Origin: Sulfidibacter corallicola
GTDB lineage: Bacteria > Acidobacteriota > Holophagae > Acanthopleuribacterales > Acanthopleuribacteraceae
Assembly (NCBI RefSeq): GCF_017498545.1
Contig: NZ_CP071793.1
Coordinates: 7,308,256-7,372,255, forward strand
Direction of reading: 5' to 3'
DNA length: 64,000 nucleotides
The translations under genes and the position numbers were made by a program. Under the pieces are notes generated by a model, which saw nothing but the letters and a program-made list of their open reading frames with translations, was not told the origin of the DNA and made no database searches. Shown piece after piece: positions 9,832 to 19,424 of the stretch; position 1 is the stretch's first letter, and each line of letters opens with the position of its first letter.

Positions 9832-10470
9832 GGAGTTCCTCCAACTTGTGATGTCTCTGCTTCAGTTCTGCACAATGCCCTCTGTGCGCGGTCACCGAGG
9901 AGCGGGATCGCGCAAGCGACAAAAATACCCAGTCGATGCGGTCCGGCATCGAAGGCACGATCTAATAAGGGCTGGTATGTGACTGAATCGATGGAAATGA
10001 GTAACCAGGACGGAGCATTTGAAGGATCGTAGATATCGAACGACCGGCCAGCATTCGGTCGTCAACCTGAAATGGATCGTGTGATGAATGTAAGAACCTG
10101 GACGTGGCGATGAGCGATGGAAATGACCTGATTGGTGCGACCCGCCAGCGATGGGTCGTCGAAAACAAGGGTTCAGGAAGTGACTGATCCTTGGTGAGGA
10201 TCATACACAGCCCGCCCGACGGTCCAAAGTTCCAATCATTGAAAGCTTGTGAATATCACAAAATTAACAAAACTTTTGCTTGCGAAAAGGTGTGTTTTGG
10301 GCGTGGTTGACGCAAGAAGGCCGCGACAATCCCGGTGTCACCCAAGGAATCGCGGCCTTTTGAAGGGGGTTTCGGACCCCGCGGGGCCTCCCGCGTGGCG
10401 AACGAGAGGTCCCCAAATGTGATGCCTGTCGCAGCCGACGCGGGCTGGAAACGTCTTGCGAGGTGCCGAA

Positions 10471-10968
10471 TCAATCGCCTTCGGGCAGGCTGTACGTGAA
10501 CGTATAGGAGTGGGCACCCTTGTCGATGTGGATCAGGAAGGTGCCGGACAGCCCTTTCAGCGCACCGGTTGCGGAATCGGGCACCACGGTGATGTCTTGG
10601 GATTGGCCGCCGCCGCTCATGGTGGCGCTGTGTTGGAGCACGAAGCTGCCTTCGCGGCCGTGCAGTGTGCCGGTGATGCGTTCCATGGCCACGTAACCGG
10701 CGGAACCCTTGACCTGGGTGATGGCGCTGACCATCAGGCCCCAACTGGTGGCTTCGAGATCGCCCGACAGCGTTTTGTCGATGACCATGGTGCCGACCGT
10801 GGTGTCGCCTTCGCCGTGTTCCAGGGGCTGCGGTGTCAGTTTCACTTCGAACGTTCCGGTCGCTTCTCTTGTCATGTCGGTTCCTTTCTTGGTGGGCTTG
10901 GTGTCCTGTGCCGAGAGGAAGGCGCAGGTCACCAGCATGAGGGCGATGCCCAGTGATTTGCGGTACAT
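10471..10968 (-). CDS. DUF3224-family small secreted protein (start taken at an internal ATG that gives a signal peptide)
   Basis: Signal-like MYRKSLGIALMLVTCAFLSAQ. The remainder matches the general DUF3224 pattern (G.F.V......G...... then GS.G...E). The ORF track extends the start to 11052. Confidence 0.45.
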   Translation of the reverse strand: MYRKSLGIALMLVTCAFLSAQDTKPTKKGTDMTREATGTFEVKLTPQPLEHGEGDTTVGTMVIDKTLSGDLEATSWGLMVSAITQVKGSAGYVAMERITGTLHGREGSFVLQHSATMSGGGQSQDITVVPDSATGALKGLSGTFLIHIDKGAHSYTFTYSLPEGD

Positions 10969-11174
10969 ATGAATCCTTTCGGAAGGGGTCGAACAGCGGA
11001 GCGGCACGGTCGCTGCCGGGTTCGAACGGCTGAAGATCGTGTCTAAAAGCATGCTACCATTTCGGTTGTCGCTCAGCGTACCGGAACGGAAGAGGTTGTG
11101 GCGAATCAGACGGATTCGCCGCGGTTTTCGGGAAGGTCACGACCCGCGCAGCGGGTGATTCAAGGAGGGGTTCG

Positions 11175-11741
11175 ATGTCTCCCCACATTCTGGAAGTGTA
11201 CCGACGCCAGGCGCGCAACAACGCCCTGTGCAATTTGCGCCTCTTTCGGGCCTGCAAGGCGCTGACCCCGGAAGCCTATCTGGCTCCGCGCGCTTCGTTC
11301 TTCGGCTCCATCCACAACACGCTGGATCACATTCTCCTGGTGGACGAGCGCTACCTGCTCCGCCTGGCCGGCGTGGTTCCCGGGCCGGCTCGCGCCGAAG
11401 GATCGCTTTACCTCGATCTGGAATCGTTGCGTGAAGCGCGTCACCGGGTCGATCGCGAAATCTGGGACCGAGTGACAGCCTCGACCGAAGCCGATCTATC
11501 GAAGCCGGCGGTGCTGGTGGACGATCATGGCCAGACCGTCAGGGAACCGCGGCTCATCGTGTGGGAGCACCTGTTTCACCACCAGGTCCATCACCGCGGT
11601 CAGGTTCACGGGCTATTGTCCCAGACGTCGGTGGCACCGCCCCAACTTGACGAATTCTTCCTGGGCATCGATCACCAGCGCCGTGTGGCCGACTTGGCCG
11701 AGTTACGGGACCTGGGTTTTTCCGACATCGCGAAAGCGTGA
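11175..11741 (+). CDS. DinB/YfiT-like metal-dependent hydrolase family protein (DinB_2)
   Basis: ATG at 11175 preceded by AAGGAGGGG. HxxxH-type motif FHHQVHHRGQ. Size ~188 aa. Confidence 0.6.
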   Translation: MSPHILEVYRRQARNNALCNLRLFRACKALTPEAYLAPRASFFGSIHNTLDHILLVDERYLLRLAGVVPGPARAEGSLYLDLESLREARHRVDREIWDRVTASTEADLSKPAVLVDDHGQTVREPRLIVWEHLFHHQVHHRGQVHGLLSQTSVAPPQLDEFFLGIDHQRRVADLAELRDLGFSDIAKA

Positions 11742-11875
11742 AACGCGAGTGTGATGCACCATTTCGGTAATGGTTGACATAACGATTGTCGTTTCCGAAT
11801 CGGTGCCAATGGCAATGGCCCGCCGGGGTGAACGACCCGCTCGGCCTGCCGGGCTCCGCTCCTCCGAGAGGCCGC

Positions 11876-12802
11876 TCAGTCCAGGTTCAATCGCCAGTGG
11901 CAATCGTGGACGCCATCCTCGTAGAAATCCATCAACCTGCCACAAGTGACGAAACCCGCCGCCTCCAGGCGCGGACCCACCGCCGGAATGTCCGAAGGGA
12001 AGCTGCAGAAGACGACGCGCGCCTTCCATTCCCGCGCCTTGTTGATCGCCTTTTTGAGGTTTTTTTCGGTAAACATGCTGCCGTCTTCGGTGTATTGCCA
12101 GTCCAGGCCATAGGCGTCCTGGGTTTCGGGAATTTCGGAAATCCCCGTCAATCGCGCTCCTGGCACCACACCGTATTCCGTTTCCTCGCCCTCTTCCGCG
12201 GAGGGATCCTGCTCTGCGGGCAGCGGTGGAAGACCTTCCGGGTCGGCGCTTTCGTGTCCGGTCGCCTCCATACGGTGTTCTTCGGGGCAGGCCGGGCGTT
12301 CCTGCACGGGTTCCAGTGCGCGCGCGTAATAGAGCATCGCTTCGCCGGGGCGGTAGAAGTCGCGGTGGGTCAATTCGGGCTCGAAACCCAGCGATTCGTA
12401 GAACCGCCGCGCGTCGGCGTAGACGTCGCCGTCCTCCGGGTCGCGGTAATCGCTGGTGGTCAAAAAGATCTTGCGGGCGCCGCGCTGCTGGAGGCGCTCG
12501 AACAGGCAGTCCAGCATTTTGCGTCCCCAACCGCGCGACCGGTAATCTTCGTCCAGGTAGGTCCAGGATAACCAGTAGGTTCGGTCGCTGGCCTCGACTT
12601 CGTTGAAACCCGTGGTGCCGACGATGTCGCCATCCACCTCGAGCACGAATTTATTGCGCAGACCCATGGTCTTGTAGGTTTGTCGGGCGACTTCGGCGTC
12701 GTCTTCGTCGTGGTCCTCGATGATGACCAGGACTTCTTCGACATCGGCACCTTTCATATTTCGGAACTTCCAGTCCGCGGCGTCGTGAACCTCTTTGCTC
12801 AC
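11876..12802 (-). CDS. GNAT-family N-acetyltransferase with an additional C-terminal domain of unknown function. Last gene of the ACP operon.
   Basis: GTG start at 12802 with an AAGGAAA RBS. The N-terminal ~165 aa have a GNAT-like layout (VGTTGF...RSRGWGRKML...FLTTSDYR). Confidence 0.55.
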   Translation of the reverse strand: MSKEVHDAADWKFRNMKGADVEEVLVIIEDHDEDDAEVARQTYKTMGLRNKFVLEVDGDIVGTTGFNEVEASDRTYWLSWTYLDEDYRSRGWGRKMLDCLFERLQQRGARKIFLTTSDYRDPEDGDVYADARRFYESLGFEPELTHRDFYRPGEAMLYYARALEPVQERPACPEEHRMEATGHESADPEGLPPLPAEQDPSAEEGEETEYGVVPGARLTGISEIPETQDAYGLDWQYTEDGSMFTEKNLKKAINKAREWKARVVFCSFPSDIPAVGPRLEAAGFVTCGRLMDFYEDGVHDCHWRLNLD

Positions 12803-12874
12803 ATGGTTTCCTTTCCGGCAGCGTGCCCGGTGCAGTGATCGGGCCGCACCCGTTGGGGCTCACGGCGGTTCCTG

Positions 12875-13423
12875 CTAGGATGCGCGTCGTGGCGCCCCCT
12901 TGGAATGAGGCATCGGGCGGGCGGGAACGCCAATCGCCGTGACATCTGGCGGGATGTTCGTGACCACCAGAGAATTGGCGGCGATCATGGCGCCGTCGCC
13001 CACGGTCACCGGGCCGAGGATTTTCGCACCGGCTCCGATGAACACGTCGTTGCCGATACAGGGCGCACCCTCTCTGCCCGGACTCATGCCCAGGGTGACA
13101 TCGTGCATCATACCGCATCGCTCACCGATTTCGGCAGCGGGATGAATTTTGATGTTGCCGGCGTGAATCAGGTGCAGCCCTTCGCCGATTTTGGCCCGTC
13201 GATCGATCTCGATACCGTTGACGATCCCGATCGAGAAAAACAGAAGCCCGTAGATTTTGCCGACGAACCAGCGCCAGGGCGGGAAGCGCCGCTCCAGGGT
13301 CCAAGCTCCGAAGCGGTAGATCGCGATGGCCCACCAGGCGGTGTTGCGCAAACGCGCACCGTGCAGGTGGTAATCCTCCCGCCAGGTACGCCACAATCCT
13401 TTGCCATTGCGGTGCTCACCCAT
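12875..13423 (-). CDS. Serine O-acetyltransferase-like hexapeptide-repeat acyltransferase (CysE/EpsC-like)
   Basis: Left-handed beta-helix hexapeptide repeats (IHAGNIKIHPAAEIGERCGMMHDVTLG...IGNDVFIGAGAKILGPVTVGDGAMIAANSLV). The SAT-like N-terminus has a WAIAIYRFGAW motif. It overlaps the ACP stop by 8 nt. Confidence 0.65.
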   Translation of the reverse strand: MGEHRNGKGLWRTWREDYHLHGARLRNTAWWAIAIYRFGAWTLERRFPPWRWFVGKIYGLLFFSIGIVNGIEIDRRAKIGEGLHLIHAGNIKIHPAAEIGERCGMMHDVTLGMSPGREGAPCIGNDVFIGAGAKILGPVTVGDGAMIAANSLVVTNIPPDVTAIGVPARPMPHSKGAPRRAS

Positions 13424-13679
13424 TCAATAACTCGAAAACCTTGGCGGCGATGCCGCTGATGCTGGTGAAGGTCGGGTCGAACAGAACCTCGTCCGGCAGG
13501 CGCAGGTCGTAGCGCTCCTCGAGGAACGCCACGACTTCCACGGCGCCGGTGCTGTCGACGTAGCCTTCTTTCCACAGGTGGAGGTCGCGATTGAAATAGG
13601 TATCTTCCGCGGCCACGTGGAAGTGTTTACGGATATAGGTCTCCAAATCGAGGGAGATGGAGGCGGTCGTATGGCTCAT
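13416..13679 (-). CDS. Acyl carrier protein (stand-alone, 87 aa)
   Basis: GGAG RBS 5 nt upstream. Size and helical pattern fit an ACP, with a candidate phosphopantetheine serine in GYVDSTGAVEVV. Embedded in the operon with the AMP-ligase. Confidence 0.55.
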   Translation of the reverse strand: MSHTTASISLDLETYIRKHFHVAAEDTYFNRDLHLWKEGYVDSTGAVEVVAFLEERYDLRLPDEVLFDPTFTSISGIAAKVFELLNG

Positions 13680-13693
13680 GTGTGCTCCGGGAA

Positions 13694-15037
13694 TCAGGAA
13701 AAAATCAAATCGAATGAAGTGGGTACGCGATAGCGACCCGCATGGATGAGACGATCCACAGCGGTCGGCTCGGTGTGGAACAGTTCGCAGAATCTTCGAT
13801 GGAGATCGTCGCCCACCACGCCGCGATCGACCAGAGCGGCGAGCGTGCCCCCGACCTGGGTCGAATCGCCGATCTGGGCGCGCACCTTGGGTCGGTCGTA
13901 AATTTCTGCGGGGATGCGGTCACCCATGACCGCACGGGCCAGCGCACTCTTGGCGCCGTCACTTTCCAGCAAGGGTTCGGGGAGGGCAGTATACACTTCG
14001 GCACAATGGGCATAGGGCTGAAGCGTATCGCATCCAAAATGGTGAAAAATACCGACTTCGCGGTCACCGCTGTCCAAGCCCGCCACCAGGAATCGGCGCA
14101 GCCGGCCAGCTTTCAGGCGCGGCAACGGGTAATAGGTCTGGCCGCGGTAGGGGACCGGGCTGTAATCGGCGACCAATTCGTTCATGGTGTCGCCGGTCAG
14201 GAGGAGCGGGGGTTCGTCGTCCGAAGCGGTGTCCTGCAATATCCGCTCGCGAAGGTAGGCGCCGATGGCGGCGTTCACCAGGCCGCAATGGACGTTGAAA
14301 TCGCGCCAATCCTGTCCGCGAACCAGCACCGGATCCAAGAGCGAGACCAGTTGGTCCGGTTCGAAATGGATTTCGTGGAGGGGGACGTCCAGGTGGCGCG
14401 CCAGACGCCGCGCGAAATGGAGATCTTCGCCCTCGCCCACCGTGCGGCCTTCGGCGCCCAGCGAGAAGGTGACGCCCTCGAACGGGCCCAGCCATTCGCG
14501 CGTCAGGACGGCGATGGTGCTGCTGTCCAACCCGCCGGAAAGGGTGACGAACAATCGGCGTCCGGTGCAAAGGGTGCGCAACCGTTCGAACGTATCTCCC
14601 AGCCCTTTGCGCACATCGCCGGCGAGGTGGGTCAGCGGCTGGGCCTCGCGGCCGCCGTAGGGCAGTCTGCTGTAGCGTTCCAGGCGCCAGGTGCGTTGCG
14701 CCACGTTCAGGTAGGCCCAATAACCGGAGGGGACGGACCAGATGCGCGCCAGCTCGATGCCCGCGTGAACCAGGTCCCAGAGGTAGTTGCCGCTGTGGAC
14801 GTGACCCGCGTCATCCACGGCGAAAAACAGTTTATTGACGCCCAGTGGATCGCGCGCGAACCAATGGCCGCCCTGGTCGTCCCGCTGGTGGATGGCGAAT
14901 TGGCCGCGAAGGCGATGCAGTATGGCGGAGGGATCCGCCGCCCCTGCCAAATCCAGTTGGTGGCACCAGTCGCCCGTGGTGGGATCTACGATGAAGTTGG
15001 TGACCGGTGCCTGTTGTCGTGGCGGGTCGCAACTCAT
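13694..15037 (-). CDS. Asparagine synthetase (AsnB)-family amidotransferase homologue. It has the PP-loop ATP pyrophosphatase domain, but its N-terminal glutaminase-like region lacks the Cys1 nucleophile position.
   Basis: Real start is the ATG at 15037, which overlaps the aminotransferase stop as ATGA. The long ORF-track extension to 16390 is compositional junk. SGGLDSS PP-loop. RDPLGVNKLFFAV resembles the AsnB RD.iG.KPLYY motif. The protein begins MSC rather than MCG. Confidence 0.7.
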   Translation of the reverse strand: MSCDPPRQQAPVTNFIVDPTTGDWCHQLDLAGAADPSAILHRLRGQFAIHQRDDQGGHWFARDPLGVNKLFFAVDDAGHVHSGNYLWDLVHAGIELARIWSVPSGYWAYLNVAQRTWRLERYSRLPYGGREAQPLTHLAGDVRKGLGDTFERLRTLCTGRRLFVTLSGGLDSSTIAVLTREWLGPFEGVTFSLGAEGRTVGEGEDLHFARRLARHLDVPLHEIHFEPDQLVSLLDPVLVRGQDWRDFNVHCGLVNAAIGAYLRERILQDTASDDEPPLLLTGDTMNELVADYSPVPYRGQTYYPLPRLKAGRLRRFLVAGLDSGDREVGIFHHFGCDTLQPYAHCAEVYTALPEPLLESDGAKSALARAVMGDRIPAEIYDRPKVRAQIGDSTQVGGTLAALVDRGVVGDDLHRRFCELFHTEPTAVDRLIHAGRYRVPTSFDLIFS

Positions 15038-16209
15038 GAACAGCACCCCGCCAGGACACGTCGAAAGATCGGCAGGGCCCGATTCAGCATATCGTCGTTG
15101 CAGGTCAGGGAAATGCGGAAATGACCGGGGTGGTGGAACAGGGTGGAGGGCACCACGAGCACGCCCTCGCGGGCCAACATGCTCGCGAAATGGAAGTCGT
15201 CGGTTTCCGGTGCCCGGGGGTACATGAAGAACGTGGCCTGATTGGTTTGCACCTCGTAACCCGCTTTGCGCAATTCGCCGAGAATCAAGTCGCGACGTTG
15301 GCGGATGCGCTCGAGATCGGGTGTCTCGTCCAACAATTCGCGGATGGCGATCTGCATCAGTGCCGTGGGCGTGCAGAACCCCATGATCCGGCACAGCCGC
15401 TCCATGATGTGGGCGTAGTGGTCGGCCCGCTCCATGCGGGGACTGACGGCCACGTAGCCGATGCGTTGACCCTGGATTTGCAGGCTCTTCCCGAAGGAGT
15501 AGACGATGCAGGTGTTGTCGTAGAACTCGGCCGGCGAGCAAAAGGCTTCCGGTTCCAACAGGATGCCGCGGTGACACTCGTCGGAGACCAGCACCGGTCG
15601 GGTGGGGCTCTCGTCGAGGATCCGTGCCAACTGGCGCAGTTCGTCGGCATGGTAGATCAGGCCGGTGGGGTTGGCCGGTTGGGACAGGATGATGCCCTGT
15701 ACCTGGTCGTCCAACGCCTCGCGAATGGCCTCCAGGTCCAACCGCATGGTGTCCCGGCACAGCGGTACGAACACCGGTTCCAGACCCAGGTTCGCGAGGT
15801 ACAGGGGGTAGTCGAACCAGCACGGCGTAATGACCACGACCTTGCTTCGGTAGCTCTTGCGCGACATGGAGCGGAAAACCAGGTTGAGCGCGGCCATGGA
15901 GCCCGGGGTCAACACGATCTGGCGCCAGTGAAAATTCAGTCGATGGCTCTTGCCCAGGTGCTGGGCGACCAGGCGCCGGGTGATGGTATTGCCGCCGTAG
16001 GGCGTGTATTGGAGGTTGAGTCGGTTCTGGGCTTCGAGCGCGGTGCGCATGGCGTTGACCGCCTGGGGAATCGGGCCGTCGTAGGGATTGGCGTACGCGA
16101 GATCGCAAAATTGGCGGCCGACCTTCTGAATGGTTTCCAATCGAAGGGACTCGAACCGCTCTTGTGCATCCAGGTAGTGCAGGACGTCTTCTTCGAGGAA
16201 TCTTCTCAT
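15034..16209 (-). CDS. Class I/II (fold type I) PLP-dependent aminotransferase
   Basis: NPTG motif (SQPANPTGLIY) and lysine motif SFGKSLQIQGQRIGY. Start ATG at 16209 overlaps the ligase stop as ATGA. Confidence 0.75.
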   Translation of the reverse strand: MRRFLEEDVLHYLDAQERFESLRLETIQKVGRQFCDLAYANPYDGPIPQAVNAMRTALEAQNRLNLQYTPYGGNTITRRLVAQHLGKSHRLNFHWRQIVLTPGSMAALNLVFRSMSRKSYRSKVVVITPCWFDYPLYLANLGLEPVFVPLCRDTMRLDLEAIREALDDQVQGIILSQPANPTGLIYHADELRQLARILDESPTRPVLVSDECHRGILLEPEAFCSPAEFYDNTCIVYSFGKSLQIQGQRIGYVAVSPRMERADHYAHIMERLCRIMGFCTPTALMQIAIRELLDETPDLERIRQRRDLILGELRKAGYEVQTNQATFFMYPRAPETDDFHFASMLAREGVLVVPSTLFHHPGHFRISLTCNDDMLNRALPIFRRVLAGCCS

Positions 16210-17720
16210 GGGTGCACCTGCTCTCGAGCGATCTTCCCCGTTGCGGTGCGGGGGAAGCTGGCGTGAACTTGGAGTTTGGCCGGCACCATGTAGCGCGGCA
16301 TATGGCCTTTGCAGTAGGCCAACAGATCCCGGGGCTGAAAGGCCTCGGGATCGCGCGGCACCACGTGCAACACCAGGCGAACGCTCCCATCGCGCTCGGT
16401 TTGCGGCTTCGCGATGGCCTCGTGGGCCAACCCCGAGGCGTAGGCGATCTCTTCCACTTCTTCGGGGTTCAGCCTGAAGCCGTTTATTTTGAGCATTTTG
16501 TCGCCACGGCCCACGAAGGTGAAGTAACCCGCCGCATCGCGCCTGACGCGATCTCCCGAGTGCACCATGCGTGTGCCGGCGCGGTCGCTGAAGGGATCCG
16601 GTCGAAAGGTGGCGGCGGTTGCCCGCGGATTGTTCCAGTAGCCCATGGCCACGGTCGGCCCCGAGTGGACCAGCTCGCCGATCTCGTCGGGCCCGCAGGC
16701 ATCACCCTGGGGGGCGAGAACTTCGAGTCGGGTTTCGGGAATCGCGATGCCCATCGAGGTGGGCCGGAGATCCAACTCCTCGGGAGGCAAATAACTGGAT
16801 CGAAAGGCTTCGGTGAGGCCGTACATGAGGAATATTCGGGTGTGCGGTAGCCGCTGGCGGATTTGGTCGAGGACCGAGACGGGGAAGGCACCGCCCGTGT
16901 TGGTCAAGTAGCGAAGATGGGGAAAGTCCATGGTGCGAAACGGGGAGAAGCGGCCGACCAGTTGTAGCCAGAGCGGCGGCACGCCCGCCAGACCCGTGAT
17001 GCGATGCGCGATCAGGGTGCGACAGATTTCGGCCGGCAGACCGGTGCGTTCCAAAACCAAGGTCGCGCCTCGGTAGACGCTGGTCAGCAGTTGGTTGAGC
17101 CCGTAATCGAAATTGAAGGGCAGCACGCTGAGAATGCGTTCCTCGGATGAGAGTTCCAGATACCGGGCCACGATGCGGGTCCCAGCCTCCAGATTGTCGT
17201 GCGACAGGCAAATGCCCTTGGGTTTTCCGGTCGAGCCGGAAGTGTAGAGAACGATCGCCGGATCGCCGCCTTCGATCTGCGGTGGTTCGTCGAAATGGCT
17301 CGGAGCCGCTTCGAGCTGTTCGGGAACGAGCAATACGTGTCCGTGAATGGATTCGGGCTTCAGGCGCGCCAATCGACGGGGTTCCGTGACGAAAAACTGG
17401 CAACCGCTGTCGTGTCCGATATGGGTCACCTGTGCGTCGCGCAGCTCCGGAAAAAGCGGGACCGCCACACCGCCGGCCAGCCAGGTGCCGTACAGCGCCG
17501 CGACCAGGGCGACCGACTTGTCCAAAAAGAGGCAGACCCGATCGCCGAACTGTAATCCGTTCTTTTGCAGGGAGGCGGCATAAGCGGCCGCCATCTGGTC
17601 GAGCCGTCGGTAATCGACGATGCTCGTGCCGTCGACAATCGCCGGATGGTGCGGCTTTTCCAGCCCCATTCGACGCAAGTGTGCCGTGGTTCGACTTATG
17701 AGAATGGGCAAATTTTCCAA
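16206..17720 (-). CDS. AMP-dependent synthetase/ligase (acyl-CoA or acyl-ACP synthetase family). First gene of the operon.
   Basis: YTSGSTGKPKG AMP-binding motif. YGLTE; GDRVRRDAAGYFTFVGRGDKMLKINGFR. C-terminal TGKI. AT-rich promoter-like region directly upstream (17721-18060). Confidence 0.8.
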   Translation of the reverse strand: MENLPILISRTTAHLRRMGLEKPHHPAIVDGTSIVDYRRLDQMAAAYAASLQKNGLQFGDRVCLFLDKSVALVAALYGTWLAGGVAVPLFPELRDAQVTHIGHDSGCQFFVTEPRRLARLKPESIHGHVLLVPEQLEAAPSHFDEPPQIEGGDPAIVLYTSGSTGKPKGICLSHDNLEAGTRIVARYLELSSEERILSVLPFNFDYGLNQLLTSVYRGATLVLERTGLPAEICRTLIAHRITGLAGVPPLWLQLVGRFSPFRTMDFPHLRYLTNTGGAFPVSVLDQIRQRLPHTRIFLMYGLTEAFRSSYLPPEELDLRPTSMGIAIPETRLEVLAPQGDACGPDEIGELVHSGPTVAMGYWNNPRATAATFRPDPFSDRAGTRMVHSGDRVRRDAAGYFTFVGRGDKMLKINGFRLNPEEVEEIAYASGLAHEAIAKPQTERDGSVRLVLHVVPRDPEAFQPRDLLAYCKGHMPRYMVPAKLQVHASFPRTATGKIAREQVHP

Positions 17721-18065
17721 TTCCTAAACCTCTGAGCAATGCCGATAAATGATGGGAGAGAGAAACTATCGAGGGGCCTGTGCGAGATTTAATGAGAGCG
17801 TGTAGAATAGGGAAAATTCAAATTTTTACAACTGCTGTACCTGTGCAGGGTAGCACTTATTTGTTGGTGGACGCAATGGTGAGTTCGGGATGTCTATGAA
17901 TAAACTTGAAATTTTTTCTGTGGCGAATGTCACGCTTTCGAGACCTCTCATGAAAAATAAGCGTGAAACACCACCGTTTTGGCTCAGGAAATTTCCTAAA
18001 CGCGGAATTGGCGAAGAATCGCGTCTCGATGGGGAATCTTTGGGCACCCGTCATTGGGCCGGGCT

Positions 18066-19424
18066 TCAGGGGTTCGCGCCCGATTGGCTGCTGGATCCAG
18101 CCCGTTCCTTGCCTTGTCGCTGACGTCGTACTTCGTAGCGTTGGTACAACGCCTGGCCTTTCTCTTCCTGGCCGGTGGCCTTATAGACGGCGTAGAGCCG
18201 GTAGAACAGCATGTTGGGCGACACCCACAGAAAGCGGTCGGCCCGTTCCAGGTGGTGTTGGCAGCTTTGGGCCTCGCGGGCTTCCCAGGCTTGCAATCCG
18301 GCGCGGTAGTGGTAGTGGCCCAACCCGTCTTTGACCACCGCGGCCCATAGAAGAACGATCAAACCCGCCGCCGCCCATCCGGATCGGAATCGTTTGGAAA
18401 GGAGCTGGGGCACCCAAACTATCGTCAGCCATCCCAGACACATACCCATGCAAAATGCGAGGAAGATGCCGATCCCGTAGAGCTCCGAATAGATCAACCC
18501 GACCGCGGCGGTCATGGCCCAGAATCCCAGTTCGACGGCCAGTGGCACCGGTTCGAGACCGTCGGGTAGGGCGCGCTTCTGCGGTTCTCGATTCTCCTTG
18601 GCGGGCGAACTCATGCTGAGCGCGTCGGTGGGACAGGCCGCCACACAGGACATGCACCCGGTACAGCCGATCGCGGCCACGTGGAAACGCGTGTTGACCA
18701 TGCGCGAGACATCGAGGTCCATGGGACAGGCCGTGCTGCAATTACCGCAAGCCGTGCAGTCTCCGGTCCGCCGGACCTTGTAGCGGGCGGCGCGCTGCCC
18801 CAATCCGAAAAGGACGCCCCATGGGCACAGTGTTCGGCAGAATACGCGTCTTCCCAAAAAAAGAGGCATGATCGCCAATACCATTAATAATGTAAGAGAG
18901 CCTTGGAGCCAGCCTGGCAATAATTCCCACGGCTCGGTCAATGTCAAATCTATCGAAACCGGCGGAAGTGTGCGCGTCCATCGATTGGCGATCGCCTCCC
19001 AAGCGAAATACCAGATAAGCACGAAGCCGGCGGCGAGCGGGCCGAATCGCAACGGGAATCCGCGCATGCGAATGCCCAGTTTGTGGTAGAGCGATTCCAG
19101 CAGGTCGTAGCTCAACCCGATGTGACAGATCCAGCCGCAGAACCAGCGACCCCAGACCAGGGTCAACCCCAAAAAGGTGAGGAAGAACAGGCCGCCGGCG
19201 GTGAGCACGTTGCGTTCGATGAAATTGCGGAAGAGCTCCTGCATGTCGATGGCGCCGATGTGGTGCCAGCCGCGCGCATACCACAACCACAGATGCAGTC
19301 CGATGAGTCCGTGGACCACGCCGAAGGCCACCAGCCGGCGCCACGTCAGGCGGCGCATCCTGATGGAAATCGGCGTACGCGGGGAAGAGGGTTCGGCGGC
19401 GTGTTCGGCAAGAGGTCGGGTCAT
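18066..19424 (-). CDS. Polytopic membrane 4Fe-4S polyferredoxin (NapH/MauN/CcoG-like)
   Basis: Two CxxCxxCxxxCP clusters (CTACGNCSTACP, CTGCMSCVAACP). Several hydrophobic helices. I place the start at the internal ATG at 19424 with a GAGGA RBS. The ORF track starts at 19568, and its first 48 residues look non-coding. Confidence 0.6.
   Translation of the reverse strand: MTRPLAEHAAEPSSPRTPISIRMRRLTWRRLVAFGVVHGLIGLHLWLWYARGWHHIGAIDMQELFRNFIERNVLTAGGLFFLTFLGLTLVWGRWFCGWICHIGLSYDLLESLYHKLGIRMRGFPLRFGPLAAGFVLIWYFAWEAIANRWTRTLPPVSIDLTLTEPWELLPGWLQGSLTLLMVLAIMPLFLGRRVFCRTLCPWGVLFGLGQRAARYKVRRTGDCTACGNCSTACPMDLDVSRMVNTRFHVAAIGCTGCMSCVAACPTDALSMSSPAKENREPQKRALPDGLEPVPLAVELGFWAMTAAVGLIYSELYGIGIFLAFCMGMCLGWLTIVWVPQLLSKRFRSGWAAAGLIVLLWAAVVKDGLGHYHYRAGLQAWEAREAQSCQHHLERADRFLWVSPNMLFYRLYAVYKATGQEEKGQALYQRYEVRRQRQGKERAGSSSQSGANP

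Noticed and set aside
13694-16390. 898-aa ORF suggesting a fusion of the AsnB-like and upstream sequence
   Set aside because: The N-terminal 450 residues are low-complexity and out of frame with the real aminotransferase gene on the same strand. A proper ATG at 15037 overlaps the aminotransferase stop (ATGA).
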